This document shows, piece after piece, positions 20,495-30,418 of a stretch of DNA of 64,000 nt (the first letter of the stretch is position 1; each line of letters opens with the position of its first letter). The DNA lies in assembly GCA_963422635.1 (NCBI GenBank), contig OY730415.1, forward strand, positions 1,210,088 through 1,274,087, written 5' to 3'. The notes beneath the pieces were generated by a model. That model was not told the DNA's origin. It was given only the letters and a program-made list of their open reading frames with translations, and ran no database searches. The position numbers and the translations under genes were made by a program. Source of the DNA: Dehalococcoidia bacterium (GTDB lineage Bacteria; Chloroflexota; Dehalococcoidia; Lucifugimonadales; UBA3495).

Positions 20495-21202
20495 TCAGGT
20501 GGTTCGGAAGGTTACTTTGCGGAAAGCCTCGGCGTATTCGCAGCCGGTTTCGGCTCCGGCGTCCCGGGCGCGCTCCATTACGTAGTCAATCACTTCCCGT
20601 TGGGGATGCTCGGCTACTTGGCTGCGGTGGGCCTGCACCGCCGCCAGCTTGGCCTCCAGGGTTTCGCCGATGTCGATGAAGGTGTCGGCTCGTTCAGCTC
20701 CCCAAAAGAGGATTGTACCGGTCTTGTGAGGTTCCAGCCCCTCTTCGCTCCACAGCTCCCCAAAATGAAGGTGGTCGCGGGCGTAGGGAAAGACGGCATC
20801 CAGCGCCACTTGCCCGGCGACCCGATGGTCCCGGTGCCAAGCCAGGTTGCGGCGGTAAGGCTCGGTAACCAACACCACATCCGGCCGTACCCGGCGGATT
20901 TCCCGCACCAGTTGCTTGCGAAACTCGCCGCTGTCCTCCAGTTCGCCGTCGGGGTAGCCTAGCTTCACCACCTCTTTGACGCCCAGCAGATCAGCGGCGT
21001 CCAGTTGCTCTCGTTGGCGGATAGCGGCCAACTCCTGGGCGCTAACTCCCGGCATTTCGCTGCCCTTGCCGCCGTCGGTGCACAGGACGTAATAGACCTC
21101 GGCTCCCTGCCCGATCCAGCGGGCCAAGGTACCGCCGCACCAGATTTCCGCATCGTCCGGGTGCGGCGTAACCACCAATACGCGTTGCGGAGTTTCTTCC
21201 AT
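20495..21202 (-). CDS. PIG-L/LmbE-family deacetylase
   Basis: VLVVTPHPDDAEIWCGGT and HRDH motifs. ATG at 21202 preceded by AAGGAG. Confidence 0.8.
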   Translation of the reverse strand: MEETPQRVLVVTPHPDDAEIWCGGTLARWIGQGAEVYYVLCTDGGKGSEMPGVSAQELAAIRQREQLDAADLLGVKEVVKLGYPDGELEDSGEFRKQLVREIRRVRPDVVLVTEPYRRNLAWHRDHRVAGQVALDAVFPYARDHLHFGELWSEEGLEPHKTGTILFWGAERADTFIDIGETLEAKLAAVQAHRSQVAEHPQREVIDYVMERARDAGAETGCEYAEAFRKVTFRTT

Positions 21203-21465
21203 CCCCAGACTCCTTCCAGCGGCAGAAATATACCGGACGGCCCCGGCGCGGCTTTGGCCCGGCCCCGGGCCCAAGCAACTTTGATCCTATAGTACACAAA
21301 AATCCGGTGCGGTTCAACTTTCGGTTCAGCTTCCGGCTCAACTTCTTGGCGGAGTAGCTGCAATCGTCCCGGGGGATGGGATGGGTGAGCTGGAGGCGTC
21401 CGGGGTAATGCCTGGGCTATCCGATTTGTCGTATGCCGGGCAATCGCGCCGGGCAGTCGCCAATT

Positions 21466-22140
21466 TTAGTCGTGGTCTTGCTCTCGCCTGATGGAGGTAG
21501 GTTCCAAGTCGGGGCCTCCCATAATGGTTCCCGCCAGCAAGCCGCCGGATATGATTATCTTCATTGCGTCGTCCACGCTGATGTCGGTGGGGGTAACATC
21601 CTTGGTGGGAATCACGATCAGGAAGCCGGAGGAAGGCACCGGCGTGGTGGGTACGTAAACCGCCACCATATCCTCGCCGTCGGGTTTGCCAAGCTGGGAG
21701 GTGATCAGCCCGATGGACTTGGCCCCCGCCCGAGGAAACTCTACCAGCACTACCCCCCGGTAGGGTCGGTCTTCGGTGTTGCCGAGCAGCTGCATTGCGG
21801 AGCGTAAAGGGCCATATATTCTCTTGATGCCCGGGATGAACTCTACTGACCGGTGGCCGGCGTTAATCAGCCGTCGCCCCAAGCCATGGGTAGTGAACCA
21901 CCCGGCCACATAAATCAACACGAACATCGCCAAAACGCCCATGCCGGGAATTTGAGGGCCGGGGAGATGTTTAAGCGCCGTTTCTTGAAAAATGGGTTCC
22001 AGCAAGTCAAAGAAGAACTTGACCACCCAGATGGTAATAACCAGCGGCAGGACCACCAGCAGGCCAGCGCCGATGGTGGCCTCGAAGTGAAACAAGACCT
22101 TACGAGCGATGTTGCTGTCTTCGCTAATTGGGGCTGCCAT
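21466..22140 (-). CDS. DUF502-domain membrane protein
   Basis: Two N-terminal TM helices (LVVLPLVITIWVV...) and a conserved C-terminal globular part. Confidence 0.65.
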   Translation of the reverse strand: MAAPISEDSNIARKVLFHFEATIGAGLLVVLPLVITIWVVKFFFDLLEPIFQETALKHLPGPQIPGMGVLAMFVLIYVAGWFTTHGLGRRLINAGHRSVEFIPGIKRIYGPLRSAMQLLGNTEDRPYRGVVLVEFPRAGAKSIGLITSQLGKPDGEDMVAVYVPTTPVPSSGFLIVIPTKDVTPTDISVDDAMKIIISGGLLAGTIMGGPDLEPTSIRREQDHD

Positions 22141-22428
22141 TTCTCTCCGCGCCCGGCTTCATTTCTTGAAGGGCCGCATCTCTTGAAAGGGTTCATCACG
22201 GATAAGTTACGCCGCTACGCTATCCGGCCAACCGACTGGCAATGAGCCGGTTGGTCCCGGGTCGATGCCGGATACCGGGCCCGATACCGGCGAAGATGTA
22301 TCCGGAAGGGGGGCAGACCTGAATCTCTTCCCTGGGGGTAACCGATAACCTGGTTGGGTAAGGGGCGTTTGGGCGGGCGTCTCGGAGGGGATCAGCTCAA
22401 CGGGGCGTCATCTGGCCCGGCGATCAGC

Positions 22429-23790
22429 TCAAGATGCGCGCGGGGCGGCCCTTTCCGATGCCAGGGTTCGATAAACCTCGGCAATTTGGCCGGCGACCTT
22501 GTCCCAACTCAGGCCTTCGGCCCGACGACGGGCGGCCAAGCCCATGCTGTTTTGCAAGCTCTTGCTTGATATTAACATTTCCAGCGAATTAGCGAAAGCC
22601 TCCGGGCACCGCCAGGACTTTAGGTAGCCGGTGCTGCCGTGCTGGATTACGGTGGAAAGGCCGCCGACCCGGGAGGCGACTACGGGGGTGCCGCAGGCCA
22701 TCGACTCCAGGGCGGCCAAGCCGAAGCTCTCATAGAAGGAGGGGACGACACAGACATCGGCGGCGCTGTAATAGACCGGCAACTTTTCCTGGGCCACTCG
22801 GCCCACAAAATGAAAGGACTGCTCCACCCGCAAAGTTTCCGCCAGCCGGCGCAGCCGGTCCAACTCTTGGCCCTGGCCGTTGTCGTCGCCCACCACCAGT
22901 ACTCGCACCGGTTCGCAGGTATCCAGCTGGGCCGCGGTGTGCACCAGCAGTTCCACGCCTTTGAGGGACTCGATACGGCCCACGTAGAGTAGCACCTTGT
23001 CCCCGTTGAGGCCGAGCCGTTTGCGCGACTCCTCCCGGTCCAGGGGACGAAAGGTATTTAAATCAACGCCGCAGGGAGCCAGTTGAATGCGGTTTATGTC
23101 GGCCCCATAGAGCCGCGCCATTGCGTCGCGCTCGTGGGGGCTGAAGGCGATGATGCAGTCGGCAGAGGCCAACAACTCCTCCTCCACCTGCTGACGCTCT
23201 TGGGACTCGGTTTCCCCGACTCGGGACTGCATCTTTATCCGGGATAGGGTATGGAAGGTGACGACGTGGGGCAAGTTGAGGGCTTGGCTGAAGGCGCGGC
23301 CCAGCCAGCCCGAAAGCCAATAGTGGGAATGCACCGCCCGATAGGTCAGGTTGTGGCGTTCCCGGAACTCCTGCATCCCTTGCAAGAACTGCGGCAAGTA
23401 AGCGTACAAATCTTCCAAGGGGGTATCCGGTTCGCCGGCGGGCAGGTGAATGACCCGGACGTTGGCAGAGATGCGCTGTACTATATCTTCATCTTCGGCG
23501 TTGGCTGACTCGGCGGCACCGGTTGTATCGGTTGTATCGGTTGTATTGTTGATGCCGTTAGCGCCGTTGGCATAGTTAGTACCGTTGATATAATTGGCGC
23601 CGTTGGCGCCATATCCGCCATTTCGGTCGAAGCGCCGCTCCCGGGTAAAGATATCTATAGCGACGCCGGCGTTGCCCAACGCCCGGGCCAACTGGCGCAC
23701 GTATACGTTCATTCCCCCGGCTTTGCCCTCGCCCGGCTCTGCCAGGGGGCTGGCGTGGAAAGAGATGAAAGCTACCCTTGCTTCGGTCAA
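22429..23790 (-). CDS. GT4 glycosyltransferase, MshA-like N-terminus, with Asn/Gly/Thr-rich insertion
   Basis: VAFISFHASPLAEPGEGKAGGMNVYV resembles MshA-type GT4. C-terminal EX7E region (PSFYESFGLAALESMACG). Insertion NGGYGANGANYINGTNYANGANGINNTTDTTDTT. Confidence 0.7.
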   Translation of the reverse strand: MTEARVAFISFHASPLAEPGEGKAGGMNVYVRQLARALGNAGVAIDIFTRERRFDRNGGYGANGANYINGTNYANGANGINNTTDTTDTTGAAESANAEDEDIVQRISANVRVIHLPAGEPDTPLEDLYAYLPQFLQGMQEFRERHNLTYRAVHSHYWLSGWLGRAFSQALNLPHVVTFHTLSRIKMQSRVGETESQERQQVEEELLASADCIIAFSPHERDAMARLYGADINRIQLAPCGVDLNTFRPLDREESRKRLGLNGDKVLLYVGRIESLKGVELLVHTAAQLDTCEPVRVLVVGDDNGQGQELDRLRRLAETLRVEQSFHFVGRVAQEKLPVYYSAADVCVVPSFYESFGLAALESMACGTPVVASRVGGLSTVIQHGSTGYLKSWRCPEAFANSLEMLISSKSLQNSMGLAARRRAEGLSWDKVAGQIAEVYRTLASERAAPRAS

Positions 23791-24842
23791 CAGTCGCTCA
23801 CCGCCATCGGTTTGCTTACCACCATGCGATAGATGTTTCGGTCTTGGCCTCCGAGGTGGTACTTGTATGATTCCGGCCCCCGCAGAAAGTCGAAGTATCG
23901 CTGGCCCAGTTCAATGGCCTCTCGCAGGCACAGGGCGTTAAGCAGCAGTCCCACGCTGTAGTATCCATACTCCGGGTTGTAGCCGCTGTTATAGAGAAAC
24001 CGGGTTTTGTTGTAGTCAAAACACAGAGAGGCGGCCACCTCCTGCCCGTCCAGTTCCAGGAAGAAGAGCCGCAGCAGATCAAGTTCCGCCGTGCGCTGGG
24101 CCACGCGGCGGAAGAAGGCCTCCCGCTCCGGGGTCATATAGGCCGACTTTTCCGGGTCGCTTTGGCGCATCAAGGTCAGAAAGTCGTCTAGCCGGTCGGC
24201 CACCGTCGCCGGCTCCCGAACCGAGTACCAGCGCCAGTTTTCCACCGCTTCCAAACGGCGCAGCTTGCGGCGTAACTCGTGGCGGTTTTTCTTGGACAGC
24301 CCAGCCAAGTATTCCTCCCAAGTGGTCGGCAGCGCCAAGCCGGGGGTTACGTCCTCCGGGGAGATTTCTACCGCGTAGCCTTGCCGGCGGGCCAAGTCGG
24401 GCAGATATTTCAGGGTGGGGGAGGTTTCAATCAGCGAGGGCAGTTCCAACGCATCCCAGTTCTCCTGCTCCAACCAGCCTATAAGAGTGGCGAAGAAGTC
24501 GGCCTCGCCGCCGGGACGAATCATAAAGTCGTTGTAGTCAAAGGTTTCCGAGTTGCCGACAAAGGAGAGGGAGCGGCCCTGACGGGAGAGGGAGGCAATG
24601 GCGGTTACGCCCTCCGGCTGGCGCAGGTAAAACCCGGCCATTTCCCGTTCGGTTTCCCCGTTGCGGCGAAAGGCGTCCCACCATATTTCCTGCCATTGGG
24701 GCATCAGAAACACGGTGTTGACCGTACATTGGGCCAGAAGACCGAGCCATTCGGCCTGGATTTCCTGAAAAGAATTGAGGGGCGTGGCGGTCAAACCATC
24801 CTTCAAGCTACTTATCCCTCCGCAGCAATGCCAGCAGGGCAT
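23787..24842 (-). CDS. GNAT (Acetyltransf_6, CelD/BioF2-like) family protein
   Basis: 351 aa; C-terminal ...FLELDGQEVAASLCFDYNKTRFLYNSGYNPEY pattern. 4-nt overlap with the GT4 start. An alternative TTG start at 24806 is possible. Confidence 0.5.
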   Translation of the reverse strand: MPCWHCCGGISSLKDGLTATPLNSFQEIQAEWLGLLAQCTVNTVFLMPQWQEIWWDAFRRNGETEREMAGFYLRQPEGVTAIASLSRQGRSLSFVGNSETFDYNDFMIRPGGEADFFATLIGWLEQENWDALELPSLIETSPTLKYLPDLARRQGYAVEISPEDVTPGLALPTTWEEYLAGLSKKNRHELRRKLRRLEAVENWRWYSVREPATVADRLDDFLTLMRQSDPEKSAYMTPEREAFFRRVAQRTAELDLLRLFFLELDGQEVAASLCFDYNKTRFLYNSGYNPEYGYYSVGLLLNALCLREAIELGQRYFDFLRGPESYKYHLGGQDRNIYRMVVSKPMAVSDC

Positions 24843-25278
24843 CCCGGTTCCAATGGTTGCCGTCGTTGGAGAAGTTGCCCCGGATGGCGGCGGTTACCAC
24901 TCGGATGCCCGGTTTCTGCACCCCGCGCATTGCCATACACAGGTGTTCCGCTTCCAGTTCAACCGCCACGCCCAAGGGGTCGAGGGCGGCAAAGATGGCG
25001 TCGGCCACTTGGCTGGTCAACCTTTCCTGCACTTGGGGGCGGCGGCTGGCTACCTCCAGGGCGCGGGTTAGCTTGCTGATGCCGGCGATCCGGCCGTTGG
25101 GGACGTAGGCCAGGCGGGCGTGGCCAAAGAAGGGGAGCAGGTGATGTTCGCAGATGGAATAGAAGGCGACATCGCGCAGGATAACCGGGTCGCCGCTTGC
25201 CGCATCAAAGACGGCGTCGAAGGCGTCTTGCGGGTCCTGACCCAGGCCGGAGAATAGTTCGCCATACATCCGGGCCAC
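24808..25278 (-). CDS. folE: GTP cyclohydrolase I (coordinates from the first canonical start; conserved sequence continues upstream)
   Basis: SICEHHLLPF, SKLTRALEVASRRPQVQERLT and EAEHLCMAMRGV motifs. Homologous N-terminal residues (IEHTIADLLEAIGEDLQRPGLRETPQR) lie upstream of the GTG at 25278 with no ATG/GTG/TTG. Confidence 0.85.
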   Translation of the reverse strand: MARMYGELFSGLGQDPQDAFDAVFDAASGDPVILRDVAFYSICEHHLLPFFGHARLAYVPNGRIAGISKLTRALEVASRRPQVQERLTSQVADAIFAALDPLGVAVELEAEHLCMAMRGVQKPGIRVVTAAIRGNFSNDGNHWNRDALLALLRRDK

Positions 25279-25416
25279 CCGCTGGGGAGTTTCCCGCAGG
25301 CCCGGACGCTGAAGGTCTTCGCCAATCGCCTCGAGCAGGTCGGCGATGGTATGTTCGATACGCTGCTGGATGATATTTACTCGCTCTTTTGCTGGATCGG
25401 GTTATTGGGTTATTTT

Positions 25417-26478
25417 CTACTGGGCCGGCGCCAGGGCCGCCTCGGTCACGGCTTCCAGGGTTGGTTCCACCTCAAAGGTTTGAGCGGTTATGCTGCTGAC
25501 CGCCAAGTCCGGGTCTTTAAGGCCACTGCCGGTGATAACGCATACTACCCGTTGCCCCGCCAAGCTCAAACCCTGGCGGGTGAGCTTAATGAGCCCGGCT
25601 ACGGAGGCGGCCGAGGCCGGTTCGCCGAAGATGCCCTCTCTTGAGGAGAGGATCCGATAAGCCTCCAGGATTTCGTCGTCGCTCACCAAGTCTATTGCCC
25701 CGCCGGATTGGTCTCGCGCCTTGAGAGCCGGCTGCCAACTGGCCGGATTGCCGATGCGAATGGCCGAGGCGATGGTCTGGGGGTTGGCGACCGGGTGGCC
25801 GTGGACGATGGGAGCGGCCCCGGCGGCTTGAAAGCCCATCATGCGAGGCAAGGTTCTGGTTCGCTCCAACCGGTGATACTCCACAAACCCCTTCCAGTAG
25901 GCGGTGATATTGCCGGCGTTGCCCACCGGAATAAACAGGTAGTCTGGCGCATCGCCCAACACATCGGCCACCTCAAAGGCGGCGGTTTTCTGGCCTTCCA
26001 GCCGATGGGGGTTGACCGAGTTGACCAAAGTTATAGGGTGGTTGTCGGTAAACTCCCGAGCCAAGTTCAGGGCAGCGTCGAAGTTGCCGTCCACCATGAT
26101 AATTTTGGCGCCGTAGGCCATGGCTTGGGCCAGTTTTCCCAGCGCCACTTCTCCCTTGGGAATCAGCACGAAGGCCATCAGGTCGCAGTAGGCGCTATAG
26201 GCGGCGGCGGAGGCGCTGGTATTGCCGGTGGAGGCGCACATAATGCCGCTGGCGCCCGCTTCCCGCGCCTTGGCGATGGCTACCACCATTCCCCGGTCTT
26301 TGAAAGAGCCGGTCGGGTTGCAGCCCTCCAGCTTGAAGTAAAGCTCTGAACAGCCCAATTCCGGCCCCAGCCGGTTGGACTTAACCAAGGGCGTCTCGCC
26401 TTCCCCCAGGGAAAAAACGGGAGTAGCCTCGGTCAGCGGCAAAAACTCGCTATATTTATGCAATACCCCGACGCCCAT
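25417..26478 (-). CDS. thrC: Threonine synthase
   Basis: NPTGSFKDRG PLP-lysine motif; 353 aa. Confidence 0.9.
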   Translation of the reverse strand: MGVGVLHKYSEFLPLTEATPVFSLGEGETPLVKSNRLGPELGCSELYFKLEGCNPTGSFKDRGMVVAIAKAREAGASGIMCASTGNTSASAAAYSAYCDLMAFVLIPKGEVALGKLAQAMAYGAKIIMVDGNFDAALNLAREFTDNHPITLVNSVNPHRLEGQKTAAFEVADVLGDAPDYLFIPVGNAGNITAYWKGFVEYHRLERTRTLPRMMGFQAAGAAPIVHGHPVANPQTIASAIRIGNPASWQPALKARDQSGGAIDLVSDDEILEAYRILSSREGIFGEPASAASVAGLIKLTRQGLSLAGQRVVCVITGSGLKDPDLAVSSITAQTFEVEPTLEAVTEAALAPAQ

Positions 26479-26573
26479 GTTGTTATGCGCAACCTTCTTC
26501 CTGATTTGGCTTACTCCCTGCCTCCGGCCCGGTCCCGCTCTCTTATCTTAAAGGGTGGGGTCGGAGGCAGGCC

Positions 26574-27911
26574 CTATTCTTCAATACGCAACAGGCTGCT
26601 GATTTCCTGCACCACCTCCAGGTTTGCTGCCAACTCCAGAGACTTCTGGACTGCGGATTCCCGGGCCGGATGGGTGGTGATTACTATTTCTGCGGTCTGG
26701 GCCGCCGGGTTGGCGTCCTTTTGTAACACCGACGCGATGCTGATGCGCTGTTCGCCGAGGATGCGGGCAATCTCGGCCAGCACTCCAGGCCGGTCGGCGA
26801 TATTCAACCGGAGAAAATACTTGCATTCCAGATCGTCAATGGATTTGATGCGCCGGGGCCTTTCCGGGCGGGCCGCAGCCCCGGGCGCGGGGGACGTTAA
26901 CGGCGTCGTTTCGGAACCCAGCCGGCGGGCTATCTCCAGTAAATCCCCCACCACTGCGCTGGTAGTAGGCTCCCGTCCGGCGCCCCGACCGTGAAAGATG
27001 ACCCGGCCGCAGAGGCTACCCTCCACCTCCACCGCATTATACACCCCATCCACCTTGGCCAGCAGATGGTCCAGCGGAATCAGGGCCGGATATACCCGCG
27101 CCTGAACATCTCCGCCTTCCAGGGTGGCGATCGCCAAAGACTTGATGGCATAGCCCAATTCCTGGGCATAGCGAAAATCTTGGGCTTGCAGGTGGCCGAT
27201 TCCCTGCCGAAAAATGTCCTCCGGGGCTACCCGATGGTGAAAGGCCAGGTTGGCGAGAATGGCGAGTTTATATACGGCGTCGATGCCCTCAACGTCGTTG
27301 GTGGGGTCAGCTTCGGCGTAACCCTGTTCCTGGGCTTCGGCCAGGGCTTGCTGAAAGTCGGTATGGTCGTTAGCCATGCGGGTGAGGATATAGTTGGTGG
27401 TGCCGTTGATGATGCTGCGGATGGAGCGGAATTGGTTGGCTTGCAGTTCGTTCATCAAACCGCCGACTATGGGGATGCCGCCGCCGACGCTGGCCTCAAA
27501 CAGCAGGTTTACCCGGTGGCGTTGGGCCAAAGAGAGCAGTTCCGGCCCCTGCTTGGCGATTACCTCCTTGTTGGCGGTAACCACGTGTTTGCCGGCGGCG
27601 AGGGCGTCTTTCAGGTATTGGGCCGCTGGGTTAACGCCCCCGATGACCTCCACCACCAAACGGATGTCGGGGTCGCCCAGGATTTCCTCCGGATTGGCGG
27701 TAATCAACTCGTTGGGGATGTTCACGTCCCGGGGTTTGGCGGCATCGCGCACCAGGACCTTTTTGAGGTTAACTGGGCGACTGGCTCGGCCGGATAGGGC
27801 TTCCGACTGTTCCAGCAGGGCCGCGGCGACCCCGCCGCCGACCACGCCCAACCCCAGCAGACCGACGTTTATCGCGTCTTGGTCGTTGGGTTTGTCCGAT
27901 AAGTTACTCAC
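26574..27911 (-). CDS. hom: Homoserine dehydrogenase with C-terminal ACT domain
   Basis: GLLGLGVVGGGV Rossmann motif, central NAD_binding/HSDH region, C-terminal ACT (YFLRLNIADRPGVLAEIA). Confidence 0.9.
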   Translation of the reverse strand: MSNLSDKPNDQDAINVGLLGLGVVGGGVAAALLEQSEALSGRASRPVNLKKVLVRDAAKPRDVNIPNELITANPEEILGDPDIRLVVEVIGGVNPAAQYLKDALAAGKHVVTANKEVIAKQGPELLSLAQRHRVNLLFEASVGGGIPIVGGLMNELQANQFRSIRSIINGTTNYILTRMANDHTDFQQALAEAQEQGYAEADPTNDVEGIDAVYKLAILANLAFHHRVAPEDIFRQGIGHLQAQDFRYAQELGYAIKSLAIATLEGGDVQARVYPALIPLDHLLAKVDGVYNAVEVEGSLCGRVIFHGRGAGREPTTSAVVGDLLEIARRLGSETTPLTSPAPGAAARPERPRRIKSIDDLECKYFLRLNIADRPGVLAEIARILGEQRISIASVLQKDANPAAQTAEIVITTHPARESAVQKSLELAANLEVVQEISSLLRIEE

Positions 27912-27920
27912 GCGGGCCGC

Positions 27921-29084
27921 CTAGGGGAACCCGGGCCCGGCGGGGCGGCCCGGCGAAGGCGGTTGAACCCGGGGGGCGGATAGTTGCACCTGGTCGGCTA
28001 CCCAGGCATAGAGGTCGCTGTCAAAGTTCATTTTCAGCCAGCCGTTATCGGAACCTTGAGACATCTGGTCGTTAAACCACTCCTCAATCCGTTCCTGGGT
28101 TAGTCGGAAGGCCATTATGTCGGAAAGTTCCTGCTCTTCCAGGCCGGAAATCTTGTGGACGATGTAACTTCCGTCCTGGGAAAAAATCGGGTCGCTGATT
28201 TCCCCCGCCGGCAGGGGTTCTCGTTCCCGTTCCGGGTTGCCGAAAAGCGCCTCGTCCAAATCGGGGAAAGCCCCTTGGGGAACCCAGCCGGCATAGCCCT
28301 GCTGGTTGGTAAACCCAGCGGAGCGATGCACCTCGGCGGCAACGACGGTAAAGTCCTCGCGCTCCAGCCGGTCCCGGACGTCCTGAGGCTCAACCGGGCT
28401 TTCCATTTCCAGACGAATCCACGCCGCTTCCACCTGCTCGGCCGTTTCCGGTACGCTGGAGTTCATGATGATAAAGAACTGGCGGCGTAACAGTTCTTCT
28501 TCCACTAGCGTCCGGTATTCCGCTTCGGAAAGACGGGTAGAAGTCTTGAAATTGGTCAGAGCGTTTTCATACTCCTGCTCCAGTTGGTTGGGGTCCACTT
28601 CCTGGCCTTCCGGTTTAATCGGAAGGAAGCGGCGGCGCAGTTCCGCGTCAATATCGGCCGCGGTAACGGAGAAGCCCAGACCGGGGGCGGCCTGGCGCAA
28701 GATTTCGGCGTGAACCATATCCTGAAGGTACTCGAAGGGCACGGTGCTCAAGTCCACCCGACCGCCCTGGTAGCGGTTGATGCCCTGAAGCACGCGAATG
28801 CGGTCAACCAGGTCGCCCATAGTGAACCTGGCGTCGCGAACCTGACCGGCCAGCACCCGAGGCGGATGGTAGAACTCCTGGTAGTAGCCCCAGCCGACGA
28901 TTATGACGATAACCAGGATAAGCGTGGACCCGATGGCAATAGCCAAGCGTTGACGGCGCCGTTCCTCGGCGCGCCGGGCGGTTTGCCGTCCGGCGTCCTC
29001 GGTCCGCTCTCGACGACGGCGCCGGTTGCGCCGGTTGCCGGGCAGCGGAACGGCGGTTTCTGAGGGGGACCGGGGTAAGACCAT
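27921..29084 (-). CDS. SurA/PrsA-like membrane-anchored chaperone/peptidyl-prolyl isomerase-like protein
   Basis: Arg-rich N-terminus, one TM helix, SurA_N-like helical region, and a parvulin-like segment (GEISDPIFSQDGSYIVHKI). Confidence 0.5.
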   Translation of the reverse strand: MVLPRSPSETAVPLPGNRRNRRRRRERTEDAGRQTARRAEERRRQRLAIAIGSTLILVIVIIVGWGYYQEFYHPPRVLAGQVRDARFTMGDLVDRIRVLQGINRYQGGRVDLSTVPFEYLQDMVHAEILRQAAPGLGFSVTAADIDAELRRRFLPIKPEGQEVDPNQLEQEYENALTNFKTSTRLSEAEYRTLVEEELLRRQFFIIMNSSVPETAEQVEAAWIRLEMESPVEPQDVRDRLEREDFTVVAAEVHRSAGFTNQQGYAGWVPQGAFPDLDEALFGNPEREREPLPAGEISDPIFSQDGSYIVHKISGLEEQELSDIMAFRLTQERIEEWFNDQMSQGSDNGWLKMNFDSDLYAWVADQVQLSAPRVQPPSPGRPAGPGFP

Positions 29085-29412
29085 TTTATTTAACCTCGGG
29101 CAGTCGGGTAGCTAGTTAGATAAGCATTTTGCCCTCCTCCTCCAGCTCTCTCCGGAGGAGGCGATTGGGACGAAGGGCGCTAGTTCAAGGGCGACGCCGG
29201 TCGGGTGGAGGTAGCGCCGTCGTCATTCTCTACTTCTACCTTCCGGTATCTTGCCGGTTTGCCGGCATAAATCCAACGCGACCCAAGTATGCGCTGGCAT
29301 AAAACCGGATTCCACCCAAGGCTCCGCCGGCGTTTTACTTACCCGCCCCCGCCGGATGGGGGTTTCATTTCGGCGAAACCGAAATGCCTAAGTTGGCGCA
29401 ACGAGCCGGTCG

Positions 29413-29823
29413 TTAGCGGCGTATCCCGCTACGAATGGCCTGCATGGGAACAAAGGGAAGGAGGGCCAGGTGCCGGGCGCGCTTGATGGCCAGGCTCATG
29501 GCGCGCTGGTGCTTGGCGCAGACCCCGCTCTTGCGGCGCGGCTCGATTTTGGCTCGGTCCGATACATATCGACGCAGGCGCTCAAAGTCCTTATAGTCAA
29601 TATCCTTAACGTGGTCCACGCAGAAGGAGCAGACCCTTCGCCGAGGGGCGTAGCGGCCCCGGGGTCGGCCGCCGGGTCTCGAGCCGCCGGCGGGACGCGG
29701 GCCTCGGGATTGGTAGGGCGGGCGGGAACCGGTATTGCCCTGGAATCCGGGGCTTGCCGGGGGCGTTCCCGGGGCTGGGGCCGCCGGCGGTGCGGTGGGA
29801 GCTGCGGGCGCGGGTGTCGTCAT
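29413..29823 (-). CDS. rpsR: 30S ribosomal protein S18 with Pro/Ala/Gly-rich N-terminal extension
   Basis: C-terminal [60 protein letters not shown]. Confidence 0.85.
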   Translation of the reverse strand: MTTPAPAAPTAPPAAPAPGTPPASPGFQGNTGSRPPYQSRGPRPAGGSRPGGRPRGRYAPRRRVCSFCVDHVKDIDYKDFERLRRYVSDRAKIEPRRKSGVCAKHQRAMSLAIKRARHLALLPFVPMQAIRSGIRR

Positions 29824-29937
29824 ACCAGTGCTTCTCCTCGGCTAGTTTTTAGGGCCGGTTGTCGGGCGGTTAGTTGTTAGTTTAATTAAACCGGGGCGGT
29901 CAGCCGTTCGTATCGGTTTGGGTCAACGGGAGCTAGA

Positions 29938-30408
29938 CTAGAAGGGCAGGTCGTCCACGTCGTCATTGGGAGCGTCGTAGCCGCCATAGCCGCCGCTTTC
30001 GGCGCCACCGCCGCGACTGCCGTAGTCGTCCATTCCCCGGCCGCCTTCGCCCCCGTAGGGCGAGCGGTCATCGCCCATACCAGAGCCGCGGGAGCCCAAC
30101 ATTTGCATTTCGGTCAGATTTATTTCCAGAGAAAAGCGAGTTTGGCCGTCGTTTGCCTGATAACTTCGACTGCGGAGCCGTCCCTCTACGTAAACCTGCT
30201 GGCCCTTGGTGAGGTACTGGTTGCAGACTTCAGCCAAGCGACCCCAAGCGCTGACGTTAAACCACTCGGTTTCCTCCCGCTGCTCGCCGGCGGCGGTGCG
30301 GTAACGGCGGCTGGAGGCCACGCTGAAAGACGTTACACCCTGACCGCTGGGGGTGTAGCGCATCTCCGGATCTCTACCCAAATGGCCGATGACGATAATC
30401 TTGTTCAA
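29938..30408 (-). CDS. ssb: Single-stranded DNA-binding protein
   Basis: TTG start at 30408, 11 nt after the rpsF stop. NKIIVIGHLGRDPEMRY OB-fold, Gly-rich tail, acidic tip DDVDDLPF. Confidence 0.85.
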   Translation of the reverse strand: MNKIIVIGHLGRDPEMRYTPSGQGVTSFSVASSRRYRTAAGEQREETEWFNVSAWGRLAEVCNQYLTKGQQVYVEGRLRSRSYQANDGQTRFSLEINLTEMQMLGSRGSGMGDDRSPYGGEGGRGMDDYGSRGGGAESGGYGGYDAPNDDVDDLPF

Positions 30409-30418
30409 CTTGACCTGC

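Noticed and set aside
20390-20962. 190-aa plus-strand ORF overlapping the PIG-L deacetylase
   Set aside because: It is antisense to a gene with clear PHPDDAE/HRDH motifs and has no recognisable domain.
29140-29170. Inverted repeat CCTCCTCC-10 nt-GGAGGAGG between the SurA-like gene and rpsR as a regulatory RNA
   Set aside because: This is a single short hairpin in a 330-bp gap without further conserved features. It is insufficient to call more than a possible transcript-end structure.
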